NCBI GenBank assembly: GCA_020184695.1
Contig: JAANOX010000231.1
Coordinates: forward strand, 1-64,000
DNA from: Histomonas meleagridis 2922-C6/04-290x
Lineage: Eukaryota > Protista > Parabasalia
Length of the DNA: 64,000 nt
Direction of reading: 5' to 3'
The notes under the pieces: generated by a model
Told to the model about the DNA's origin: nothing
What the model saw: the letters and a program-made list of their open reading frames with translations, nothing else
Databases searched by the model: none
Part shown: positions 35,788 to 45,823 of the stretch, one piece after another
Layout: every line of letters starts with the position of its first letter
Position numbering within the stretch: the first letter of the stretch is position 1
Program-made: the position numbers and the translations under genes

Positions 35788-36263
35788 ATGAGAATAGGTC
35801 GTATATTCGGTGGAATAATAAATTTATTCAAGGTGCAGGAAGACTTGTAAGAAACATTATTGATAAAGGAAAGAAAATTTACGGTAAAGTCTCGCCAATA
35901 ATCAGTCGTGGAATTGAATTTGGCAAAATGACTCCTGGAATAATTGATACAGTAAAAAGGCGTAAAGGAGATATAAAGGATAAAATATATAAAATAGTTG
36001 ATGCAGTGCCTGACGGTAAGATTAAAGACAAAATTAAACGAGCCGTAGATAAAGGAAAAGAAGTAGCCGAACGTGTTTTAGATACAGATCAAAAGATTTC
36101 GGATAAAACTTAACCGTGGATTCAAGCAGGAGACAAAATTTACGGTCAATTAACAAGACCAAAATTTATTGGCGACGTAATACTCGGCGGAAGAAAATAC
36201 AAAGCAGGTCAAATGAGATCAGCAGTTCAGCCATACACCTCGGGAGATACTAAATTTGCATAG
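35788..36263 (+). pseudogene. Amphipathic-helix virus-like protein, copy 2 (frameshifted)
   Basis: MRIGRIFGGI..IIDKGKKIYGKVSPIISRGIEFGKMTPGIIDTV..PWIQAGDK; divergent from the integrase with 36-bp intergenic as in copy 1. Confidence 0.7.
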
Positions 36264-36310
36264 AATAATGTAATTCAATAAATGATTTTTTATTTTTTTA
36301 TATTTAATAA

Positions 36311-36916
36311 ATGACAGATAATGAAGTTTTGAGTTCACACGAAACTATCTCGCTATAGGCTCGAATTTCACACGAGACAGAAACAGAAATTGTATTAGGA
36401 GAGGAAAACGAAAATGTTGATGAAGAAAAAACATCTGATGTTAAGATAACAAAGAAAGCGGTAAAAGATTTAACACAAGAAGAAAAAGAAATTATAATTG
36501 CTAATGCTAAAAAAGGAATTGAAAATGAATTCTTTGACGTCAAATTTTTCAAGAACGGTAACGCTAGAGTTATAGCAAAGAAATCAAAAACTCCAACGGT
36601 AAGTCAAAAAGTAATTAAAAACAACAACGACGGTAAAGTTTATTTATCAAACGACCAGTTATTGATAGAACATATAATTGAATTAAATTCACGATTAGAT
36701 AAATTAACAGGTAAGCATAAAAAGCTTAAGAAGAAATACAGAAGTTTAAAGAATGATATTTATATTGATACAGAAGATATTCCTTCGGTCGAACAAACAG
36801 GAAATGACGAGCAAGGTTCGGAGCAAAAGGAAGAAATAGTTTCGTCAGAACGTCAAGAACAAGTTTATAATGTGCCGGTACAACGCGGATGGAGAGCAAG
36901 AGTTCAATACTTATAA
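36311..36916 (+). pseudogene. Virus-like hypothetical protein (~201 aa), one in-frame TAG at 36356
   Basis: Continuous frame from ATG 36311 to TAA 36916 apart from codon 16; homologous to 1284-1722. Confidence 0.8.
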
Positions 36917-36940
36917 ATTAATATTTTTATTTTTAATTAA

Positions 36941-37090
36941 ATGGCAAAGAAAGCAGTCAAACGAAGAATTAGAAAAACAAAGAAAAATGTCAAACGCGGA
37001 TTAAGGCATCGATTAATTACTCAAGCTTCAACATTTAATCCTAACGCTTCAGTCTCTCTAGAGGCTCGAACCTCACAAGGTTCAATTAAA
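36941..37090 (+). pseudogene. Truncated K/R-rich protein, candidate viral core/capsid N-terminus
   Basis: MAKKAVKRRIRKTKKNVKRGLRHRL..; runs directly into BspA-type sequence near 37085. Confidence 0.55.
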
Positions 37091-38689
37091 TGTTATATCT
37101 ATTGGTGAAAGATGTTTTTATAATTGTTATTACTTTAATGTTGATTTGCCGTGTTTAGAAATTGCTGGTGATAATTCTTTTTCTTATACAATAATTAAAG
37201 ATATTAATTTACCTTCATTAAAATTCATTGAAAATGAAGGGTTTCAAAATTGTGGACAAATATCATTAAATTTACCAAAGTTAGAACAAATTGGTAATAA
37301 TGTTTTCAAGAATACAATTTTAACAAGTTTTATTGCACCGAATTTAACTAAAGTTGGTTATAGTTGTTTTGAAGGACAAATATATTTATCAACATTAGAG
37401 TTCCTAATGTTGAAATATTATCTGATCATAGTTTCTTTTATTCTTTTACAATTGTAAATGCTAATTTCCATAACTTAAAAGAAATTGGTTCTAATTGTTT
37501 TTCATATTGTATTTATTTAATTAGTTTTAATAATACTAATATAAAAGAATTAAAAGAAAATACATTTTTTGGTTGTGTTAATCTTCAATCAATTTCATTA
37601 ACAAATTTAATTTATATTAATTTAAATGCATTTATGAATTGTACAAAATTAAAATATTTGAATATACCAAAAATTAAAAATATATCCGAAAATGTATTTC
37701 GTAATTGCTATTTAATTCAAACATTTAATTTCCAAAATGTTATTGATATTGGTTCATCCGCATTTGAAAACTGTATAAATCTTTTAACAATTGATTTACC
37801 ATTAATCAAAAACATTAATAATAATTTATTTAAAAATTGTAATTCGCTTAGAAATGTAACATTTAATAATGTCGAAAATATTTATACTTCTTCATTTGAG
37901 AATTGTATTAATTTAACAACAATCATTTTCCCGAATTTATATACTATTGGAATAAAAAGTTTTTCGAATTGTATAAATTTGAAAAATATTTTAATCGATA
38001 ATGTTTCGACAATCGATTCATTTGCTTTTTCTAATTGTGTATCAATTGAAACATTAGAATTAAAACAATTGATTTCGATTAAAAGTAACACATTCGAAAA
38101 TTGTAAAGCTTTGACATCAGTAATTTTCGAACATTTAACAATCTTTGATGGTGATTCTTTCTTTAAAGGTTGTTCTTCATTAACATTAATACATATTCCT
38201 TTGTTATATACTGTTTCGATTAACGCTGAACATATTTTCGATGATTGTTCTTCATTATCAATTATATCATTACCAGAGAAACCACCAAACTTTAACCCGA
38301 AAATTTTCGATTATTTAAATCAAAGTAAAATAAATATAAGTAATCATGACGTGTATAATATTACTTTATGTTTGCCGTATGTTAAAAATTATGATAATTA
38401 TAACTATAATAATACATACGAATGGAATCAAATTCTTGCAACGGAACCAAATAATTATTTCGACGTTTGCAATTATACGAAAGATTCAAAAGATGACGAA
38501 GATGAAAATAATAAAAATCTAAACTTGAAAATGATCATCGGTTTGTCAGTTGGCGGGGGCGTGTTACTCATTGTGGTTATTGTCATCGCGATATTATTCA
38601 TAAGAAATCGTCATAAGAATCATTTGTTACAAATGGAAATAATGGAACAGGCAGTGCTGTCATCGAGTGTGATAAGCGATTTTGGATAA
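37090..38689 (+). pseudogene. BspA-like protein with C-terminal TM and cytoplasmic tail; 5' end missing, frameshifted
   Basis: TpLRR repeats from ~37090 over several frames; ORF 37634-38689 ends IIGLSVGGGVLLIVVIVIAILFI-RNRHK. Confidence 0.85.
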
Positions 38690-38692
38690 TGT

Positions 38693-38695
<3 letters not shown>

Positions 38696-38739
<44 letters not shown>
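38696..38739. repeat. (TA)22 microsatellite
   Basis: Direct reading. Confidence 0.98.
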
Positions 38740-38742
<3 letters not shown>

Positions 38743-39006
38743 TAATAAATAAATTCCTTATTTATCGTTTAAACTTGTGTAAATATAAATTCAGATTTAC
38801 GCATTATGGAATAAAGTCATTTTATGATGTGCTACACTTACAGTTTGTTTTATGATCCCAAAGCAATTGTGAATTCAAGTAGTTGATACGAAGTTGGTAT
38901 CAATAAAACGTTAAAACTTTTCACGGTGACACTTTTCAATAAAATATTGTCCTTTTAATTGAATACAAAACGGTTTTGTAAACTGGAAATTAAGAGTTAA
39001 AACTTT

Positions 39007-39723
39007 TTACTTTCCACCAACTTCTCTGTAGAATTTCTCGAGAAGAACAGCAGTGTAAATTTCACCGTACTTTGATGTTGCTACAATACCTTGATCCCAT
39101 TTACTCTCTGTCTTTGTCTTGACATTATCCTTTTGATTAGCAGCCCTCTTTGCAAGATCATTAAGAGTTACACCCATCTTGTTTCCGTCGAATGTTCCGT
39201 AGTAGCTCTTAGCTGTTGTTGCGTGGTATTTAGATTCATCTGTTGGCATCACAGAATTTGCATATGTTTCGAATAACTTGTGGTAGTTTGTGAAGATAGA
39301 AAGAACTGGATATTGAATTCCGGCAGCGTGTGGTGGGCAGCTGATATCACCAACATAATGACAAGCACGTCCAATTTCAAGGAATGCATTATTTACATCA
39401 CCAGCCTTGTATGACTTAACAGCGTTGGCATAGTGCTTATCTAAAAGTGTTCTAGCAGATTCATCAGAAGCATGTCTCTTTGCATTTGAATAGTATTGAC
39501 CAGTGTTCTCTTTTCCATCATAAACATAGTAGTGTGTTCCTGAAGCAGCTTCAACTTTGTCTGGGTCAACGCAGCCAGTATATAATTGACTCCAAGCATC
39601 AACGTGATAGAAGTTATAAACAGATGACTTATCTTTCTTAAGGATTGCGAGTGCGTGTGTGGCAAGGGACCTATGTGACTTAGCGCCCCAAGAAAGTGCA
39701 AATCCGAATAATAAGGTAAACAT
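39007..39723 (-). CDS. Secreted zinc-dependent phospholipase C / S1-P1-like hydrolase
   Basis: Short signal peptide then mature W1..H6 (WGAKSH), VDPD, THYY, HYVGD, PPH, HKLFE: the full W,H,D,H,H,D,H,H,E tri-zinc ligand series. Confidence 0.88.
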   Translation of the reverse strand: MFTLLFGFALSWGAKSHRSLATHALAILKKDKSSVYNFYHVDAWSQLYTGCVDPDKVEAASGTHYYVYDGKENTGQYYSNAKRHASDESARTLLDKHYANAVKSYKAGDVNNAFLEIGRACHYVGDISCPPHAAGIQYPVLSIFTNYHKLFETYANSVMPTDESKYHATTAKSYYGTFDGNKMGVTLNDLAKRAANQKDNVKTKTESKWDQGIVATSKYGEIYTAVLLEKFYREVGGK

Positions 39724-40348
39724 AGAGATGAAAATTTGTAAAGCTGTGAATTCTGTCGTTTGACTTAATTCCTCTTTATTATGAATTTAAATATCTTCAT
39801 ATGAAATTATAATATGAAGATATATCTTTTATAATGAGAATTAAGCATCAAATGAATTGATAAATAAGTATGAAATTTAAATGAATATAAATGTTACATC
39901 AGGAATTCCTGATTTTTGAACATTTCGGTTAATTATGTTGTTCAAAGATTGAATTAAATTCTGAGCGTTACTTGGAACTAAAAATTGTTTTTCAATTTAG
40001 TGCTCAATTCTAAATTTTTTACCACACCAATGATAATGATGAAACAAGAATAATATAATGTCAGGTTCGAGACTTCATCAAATTCTTTGAAGCCCCATAA
40101 TATATATTCATGAAGTTCACTGACATATTCTCATAAACAAAATAAACATCTAAACTCTGTGCTCAATATCATGTGTAAACATAATTTCTATTTTAGTCAA
40201 CCAAAAATTAAGAAAAATATTCCAAAGCAACTTTAAGAGCCAAAAAACACACGAAAAACCCACCAAAAAGGGTTAAGAATGTAGGTAAGATTTTAAACAA
40301 AAAATTAAATGATAACAATTTTAATAGGATCTCTATTTAAATTTTTAA

Positions 40349-41161
40349 TTAAAATTTGAAATTGAATGCTGTTGTTGTTGATGATGGCTTACTTCCAATG
40401 CCAAAATCAAATTTTAGTTCTGTGGATTTTGTATCAGTTGAAGATTTTGTATCAGTTGCAGATTTTATATCAGTTGCAGATTTATTTTCACCTGTTGTAG
40501 AACTCGATGAAGAGCTTGTAGTTGCGTTTGAAGTTGTTGATGAGTTGCTGAAATTGAAAATTGATGAACTGCCGAAATCAAATTTAAATGGGCTGGAAGA
40601 ACTTGATGAAGAGCTTTGTGCTTTGCTTTGCTGTATTTTGGCCTTTGCTTTCTCTTCTCTTTCTTCTCTTTCTTTTTCCTTCTTTTCTCTTTCTTGTTTC
40701 TTCTTTTCTTTCTCTTCGTTTTTCTGTTTTTCATAGTTCTCTTCGCCTTCTTTTTGAATGCTTATTAAAAGATTAGATCGCTGAGATTGATAATTTGAAG
40801 ATGGTGTTGTTTGTTTCTCTTGAATCTGTTCTTCGTAATAAGAAGGCTTAATTTCACTAGCTCGGACATTTTTAGAAGCAAATGGTAATAACGTTGAAGG
40901 TAAATAATGTTTTCTATTTCGAATATTTTGATCTGTCTTGGCACGAACTGTTGGAAGGCTCCTGATATTAAAGTCTACATTTTGGTCTGATGTGGTTAAA
41001 GTAGGTGATTTTCCTAAATTATTGATATCCTTGATAAAGAAGAACTCTCTATGGTTTGGTAAACTTGAAGTAAAACTATTTTCTCCCTTTCGATTTACCC
41101 ATATCCATATAAGCGAGATACAGGCAATGCAGAAAGAGAGAAGAATAAGTTCTTCAATCAT
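40349..41161 (-). CDS. N-terminal TM protein with charged coil and S/T-rich FxF/FDFG tail (candidate membrane nucleoporin)
   Basis: TM at residues ~5-22; FKFDFG, FNFS, KFDFG, FNFKF in S/T-rich spacers. Confidence 0.6.
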   Translation of the reverse strand: MIEELILLSFCIACISLIWIWVNRKGENSFTSSLPNHREFFFIKDINNLGKSPTLTTSDQNVDFNIRSLPTVRAKTDQNIRNRKHYLPSTLLPFASKNVRASEIKPSYYEEQIQEKQTTPSSNYQSQRSNLLISIQKEGEENYEKQKNEEKEKKKQEREKKEKEREEREEKAKAKIQQSKAQSSSSSSSSPFKFDFGSSSIFNFSNSSTTSNATTSSSSSSTTGENKSATDIKSATDTKSSTDTKSTELKFDFGIGSKPSSTTTAFNFKF

Positions 41162-41618
41162 TGACCAATAAAAAAAACCGCCATTTCCAAAAAAGAAAAA
41201 TCAATGATTTGCCTGCAAATGAACTTTACTTGAGCCCTTTAAATTTTCTTTGTTCAACGAAAAGCAGGAAATCAAATGTTTATTCAAACAATAAATTTGA
41301 AAATTTTATTATAATATATACTTTTTTTTAAATATGAAAATTATGAAGGAATAACAATGGAGAGTTAGAAATAATGTGTATTCATATTTCATGATATATC
41401 ATTTTTACAATGCATTCAAAAAAAAAAGTTTAATTTAAGTTATATTTTACATATTGAATGATAAACATGTAAAACTAATTAAAAAAAAAATGTTTTAAGA
41501 ATTCCTTGCAGAATAATCAATAAAAATGTTTGAAAGGCTTAGTTTTTTTCCATTTTTTAATTTTTTTAGACCACTGCAAAAGTGCTATGTAACAAAAAGA
41601 CGTTAAAATCAGTTGCAA

Positions 41619-42338
41619 ATGCGACCACAATCAGGCACTTCATCATCTTACTCACGGTCACCATCTTCCACACCAAAAGTTAACTTTGGACCGCTTGGGA
41701 AATATTCTAAGTCAAAAGTAAATTACTGGGATTCAATGCTCTCATATACATGTTCAATAATAGGCTTTATTTCTGGATTTCTCTCATTCCTTTTAAGCAC
41801 AAGCAGTTATTATTATATTTTTTATAATACCCTCATAGTTTTTGGCTTTTTATTCCATATTTTTAATTACTTTAAATCATTTAATTTCACAACAATTCCA
41901 AAATTTATAATATCTCTATGGTTTGATAGTGATTTTCACTACTTATTATGCATAGTAATTATTGCTTTTAGCGGTGTTAACTCAATCTTATTTGTTATTG
42001 GTTATTCACTCCATCTACTCAAATATGCTCTTACTGCATCTCGAATAATCAAAGTTAGTTCCAAGGTTGATGAAGTTTTCAGCTTTATTATAGTATTTTC
42101 TGAACTTTGTTTTCTTCTTGTTTTATTGATAACTTCTCTCTTCAATTTCTCAAGAGTTATTGTTTTGATTGAGATCCTTTTGCTTCTCACAATGTATAAG
42201 TTCGCCAATGATAGAGATTATATATCGCTTAGTAATAGTCTCATTTCTGTTTTGGAACATAATAACGCAAATGGTGGAAAGAAGGTATGGTTATACTTCT
42301 TAAAAGCCTGTCAAATAATTTATCCAAATATTGATTAA
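41619..42338 (+). CDS. Multi-pass membrane protein, TMEM33/Pom33-like
   Basis: 5-6 hydrophobic segments; LWFDSDFHYLL resembles the TMEM33 DxxHYL motif. Confidence 0.6.
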   Translation: MRPQSGTSSSYSRSPSSTPKVNFGPLGKYSKSKVNYWDSMLSYTCSIIGFISGFLSFLLSTSSYYYIFYNTLIVFGFLFHIFNYFKSFNFTTIPKFIISLWFDSDFHYLLCIVIIAFSGVNSILFVIGYSLHLLKYALTASRIIKVSSKVDEVFSFIIVFSELCFLLVLLITSLFNFSRVIVLIEILLLLTMYKFANDRDYISLSNSLISVLEHNNANGGKKVWLYFLKACQIIYPNID

Positions 42339-42407
42339 TAAAAATTTATTTTTATTTTGTTATTTAGATCAGATAAGGAAAAAAGAATCACAAGAAAATT
42401 TTTGATG

Positions 42408-42635
42408 CTAGGTTGCCTGTTCTAGTTCTAACACTTGTTCATTTGTGTTTACAAGTTTACGTTGCATTCCTTCTATAACATTTTTAATATGTTCAAATTG
42501 TTGAGTCATCAATTGTTGATATTTAATAAGGCCAACATCAGCATACGTAAAATAAATTCCTTCATTGGGATTTGAAGATTCAATACTTGATTGTGGAGTT
42601 TTCTTTTTTGATTTTGCTTTGTTCTTTTCTTGCAT
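42408..42635 (-). CDS. Small coiled-coil hypothetical protein
   Basis: 75-aa ORF with an Inr-like GTCACTTTT ~15-25 nt upstream. Confidence 0.55.
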   Translation of the reverse strand: MQEKNKAKSKKKTPQSSIESSNPNEGIYFTYADVGLIKYQQLMTQQFEHIKNVIEGMQRKLVNTNEQVLELEQAT

Positions 42636-42682
42636 GTTCTGTGAAAATAAAAAGTGACAATATGAAAAAATTAAAAAATTAA

Positions 42683-42754
42683 TTCCGATACGGGGAGTCG
42701 AACCCCGCTCCCGTGGATGAAAACCACATATCCTAACCGATGAACGATATCGGA
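42683..42754 (-). tRNA. trnE: tRNA-Glu (anticodon TTC)
   Basis: Acceptor TCCGATA/TATCGGA, anticodon arm TGTGG-TTTTCAT-CCACG, T arm GCGGGGTTCGACTCCCCG. Confidence 0.96.
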
Positions 42755-42842
42755 ATCCATTATTATAATTTAGATATTGTTTAAATTGCTTAAATTGTTA
42801 ACGATTTAATTCAATTTTTTCCTTATCATCAATTTTCTAAAT

Positions 42843-43535
42843 ATGGTTAAACACGAAGCAAATTCATCATATCAACCAAAATTCTTTCAACTTTTAGATC
42901 CTCAAGATCAGGCCGATTATACCAAACTTAAGGAAGCTCTTACTTCGCGTTATTGTAGAAATAGAAGAGGTAAAAGATTAGAAACATTTGTTGAATCGCT
43001 CAATGCCATCCGGAATTTTTGCGTCCGTGGTAAAGAAGATGACTGGAAACGGTGTTTAGTTTGTGGTATTTTTTGGATTCCAAATGGAATTGCAATCAAT
43101 ACGCGTCAACTAGGCATTTTTATAGATAGGTGTAAATCTTCTATTAATGGATCTCTACAAAAAATGGGTTTTAGTGCTATACAAAATCATGAAAATTCGA
43201 CTTCAATTGTGCTTAAAGTTATTCCTTTTCTTACAAATAACTATGCCGAATTACGAGAATGGACTGTGCGAACCTTTGCTGCTGTTACTCCGCAACCCAA
43301 TCTTCCAACTTATAATACAAATACAATACATTCATTTTCCTCGCCAGCACCAAACCCTTGTAATTCATCTAATTCCAGTCCAAAAACTGAGGCTGACTGT
43401 AGCGAGTCAGAGCCTTCTGTTAACGCAGATAAAGCAGGGTTTGAGGATGACGTTTATGATGACTTTTGTCTGACGCCATCATTTCTCTTTGACTACGAAG
43501 ACCCAGACGGTCCATCAGGCGAGTTTGGAAATTAG
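42843..43535 (+). CDS. Initiator binding domain (IBD, IBP39-like) transcription factor
   Basis: RCLVCGIFW..IAINTRQL..CKSSINGSLQKMG signature of the parabasalid IBD family. Confidence 0.92.
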   Translation: MVKHEANSSYQPKFFQLLDPQDQADYTKLKEALTSRYCRNRRGKRLETFVESLNAIRNFCVRGKEDDWKRCLVCGIFWIPNGIAINTRQLGIFIDRCKSSINGSLQKMGFSAIQNHENSTSIVLKVIPFLTNNYAELREWTVRTFAAVTPQPNLPTYNTNTIHSFSSPAPNPCNSSNSSPKTEADCSESEPSVNADKAGFEDDVYDDFCLTPSFLFDYEDPDGPSGEFGN

Positions 43536-44073
43536 GAAATGTTGTCTAAAACTGTTTTTATATAAATTTATAAATAAAAAATTTATGATACAAATTCTTG
43601 AAGATTTTTCAAATTTTACGTTTTTTCACTTGTAGATTAGTGTATATTAATCACTTAATATCAGTTTTTCTGCTTCGTTTGGTGAAATTTTTCAATTAAA
43701 AAATTATTGTGATGTTGCATCTCACCATATAGTATCTTGCAACTGCTTAATTTTATTCTTCTTGTTTATGGATGTTACTTGTTGGATTACAAGAAGGTTT
43801 ATATGAAAAAATGATGTTTTTTAAAAAACAATTGAACAATAATTCAATATATTTGCTCAAAAGATCCTTTCTCCTAATAAACTATAACAATTTGATTATT
43901 CCAGAAAAACTCAAATAAATAAAATAAAATAAATAATAATAAAATCAATTAAATTAGAAAAAGATGTTATTCAATGTTTTGCTAAATGGGAAAAAAAAAA
44001 AAAAAAAAAAAAAAAACGATTGAATTCTAATAATAAATAATCACAAAAATGTTTAACAAAACAAACTAATTAT

Positions 44074-44742
44074 TCATTTTCCGTAAAACTTTTCTTCTTT
44101 TAAGAAAGCAATTGTCTTTTTTTGCTTAGAGCAAAGTACTTTTGTTTTTGCAAGCTCTTCTTTTGTTCTGCTGAGTTCGATGTTTATTTTATCAAAAGCT
44201 GTTTGTAGTTTCGTGAGTTGCGATTTAAGTTCAATATTTTCTTGGCGAAGTCTTGCAGCATCTGTTCTGGTCATTGACTGTGTATTCTCATATGATTGAT
44301 GTCTGGTTGTTTTTGGACGTGTGTTATTAGTTCTGTGATGTGATGTGTTGGATTTTTTAGATGATTTTGTTATTGGTTTTCTCTCAGATCCTGATGACGT
44401 AAATGAATCATTTTGGCTATATGAATGATGGTCATCATTTGGTTGCTTTGTTTGAGAAGTTGAAATCATAAGTTCAGATAAAACTGATGAATCTTCATTT
44501 TTAATTTCTGTGTTTTCATCTTGACTGCTTGGCTTAATTGTGCTCGAAGATGTACTAATACTTCTTGAAGCCATTACAGAAGTATCCCAATCAGACCAAA
44601 TATCTTTACATTGTTGATCTAATTCTTCTAAGCTAAATTTATCTTCTGTAATCCCTAGGAGATCTTTTTCTGCTTCCTCAAGTATTAATTCAATTTTACT
44701 TTTTTCCCTTTTACTTAATGTTTTTGTTGCCATTGAGGGCAT
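44074..44742 (-). CDS. Hypothetical protein, Ser-rich middle and C-terminal coiled coil
   Basis: Intact 222-aa ORF, host-like composition. Confidence 0.75.
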   Translation of the reverse strand: MPSMATKTLSKREKSKIELILEEAEKDLLGITEDKFSLEELDQQCKDIWSDWDTSVMASRSISTSSSTIKPSSQDENTEIKNEDSSVLSELMISTSQTKQPNDDHHSYSQNDSFTSSGSERKPITKSSKKSNTSHHRTNNTRPKTTRHQSYENTQSMTRTDAARLRQENIELKSQLTKLQTAFDKINIELSRTKEELAKTKVLCSKQKKTIAFLKEEKFYGK

Positions 44743-44786
44743 ATTGACAAACTCTGTTTGAAATGCGATACGTTATTTAAAAGAGA

Positions 44787-45812
44787 ATGTCGAGAAGAGA
44801 AAACAACATCAGCCAAATTGTTTTCGACATTCATGGTGGTGAAGAAAAACTCACAACAATGAATTTAGCAACAATTCCAAATAAAAAACGATTAGTTAGA
44901 AACCCAAATGAATCTTTTTCTTTAAGAACTGATGATATTGATGGATCACATTATGTACCAAAAACTATTCATCAACGTGATAGTTTCAATGTTAATGATA
45001 TTGAAGGGACAAAATCAAAACCTATGTATGATTCTTCAAAACCACCTGTTGATCTTATGAAATTAGATGATATTGATGGGTCACATCCAAGAATAATTAG
45101 GCAACTTCCACGTTCACATCGCATGGTTAATCCAGTTGATCCTCAATATGATCTTCCAAAATACAAAGTTCCAGATGAACCACCACCAAAATTTATTCGT
45201 GACACAATGAAAAACGATGATGTTGAAGGTGCACATCCTATGAGTTATAAGACAGATAAACCACCTCGTGATCTTATGAAACTTGATGATATTGAAGGAG
45301 CAACTCCAAAAAGAAGAATAAGTATAAACCAAAATTCACACAACCCATTTGACGTCAAAGATATTAACAATGATGGAATATTTAAAACAAGGCGTAGAGT
45401 TGATCCATTAAATCCAGTATATCATTTTGATGGAAAAGATCTTACTGCTGATGACTTTGGACGTGCGTTCCCCAAGCACGAGCTGAAGGTTCCAAATTTC
45501 ATGGAAACATCCGATATTGATGGCGCGCAAGCAGACTCTGCAACGAAAAAATTTCGAAACTTTACACAGCCTCCCAAACCGCCCGATGATGACGACTATT
45601 TTCAGCCAGCAAGCATATTAATGGTTCCATCAATGATTAAGCAAGAAAAAGAGATAGAGCAACAGAACATTGCTCGAACTATTCGAGGTAAAAAAATCAG
45701 AATGTATGAAGATAGATATCTTCATGCAGAACGAGGAACTGGTGATCCATTACAAGGATTTTTGAGGAAAAAAAGAGAAGCAAGTCCAAAAAGAAAGCAA
45801 AGCACTTTCTAG
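44787..45812 (+). CDS. Hypothetical protein with repeated DIDG/DIEG motifs
   Basis: About seven D(D)(I/V)(D/E)G units and two (N/D)PxxPxY units; intact 341-aa ORF. Confidence 0.8.
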   Translation: MSRRENNISQIVFDIHGGEEKLTTMNLATIPNKKRLVRNPNESFSLRTDDIDGSHYVPKTIHQRDSFNVNDIEGTKSKPMYDSSKPPVDLMKLDDIDGSHPRIIRQLPRSHRMVNPVDPQYDLPKYKVPDEPPPKFIRDTMKNDDVEGAHPMSYKTDKPPRDLMKLDDIEGATPKRRISINQNSHNPFDVKDINNDGIFKTRRRVDPLNPVYHFDGKDLTADDFGRAFPKHELKVPNFMETSDIDGAQADSATKKFRNFTQPPKPPDDDDYFQPASILMVPSMIKQEKEIEQQNIARTIRGKKIRMYEDRYLHAERGTGDPLQGFLRKKREASPKRKQSTF

Positions 45813-45823
45813 AATATGTATAT

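Noticed and set aside
43991-44015. 25-nt poly(A) as a retroposed tail
   Set aside because: No TSD or upstream retro-derived body; lies in an ordinary AT-rich intergenic region.
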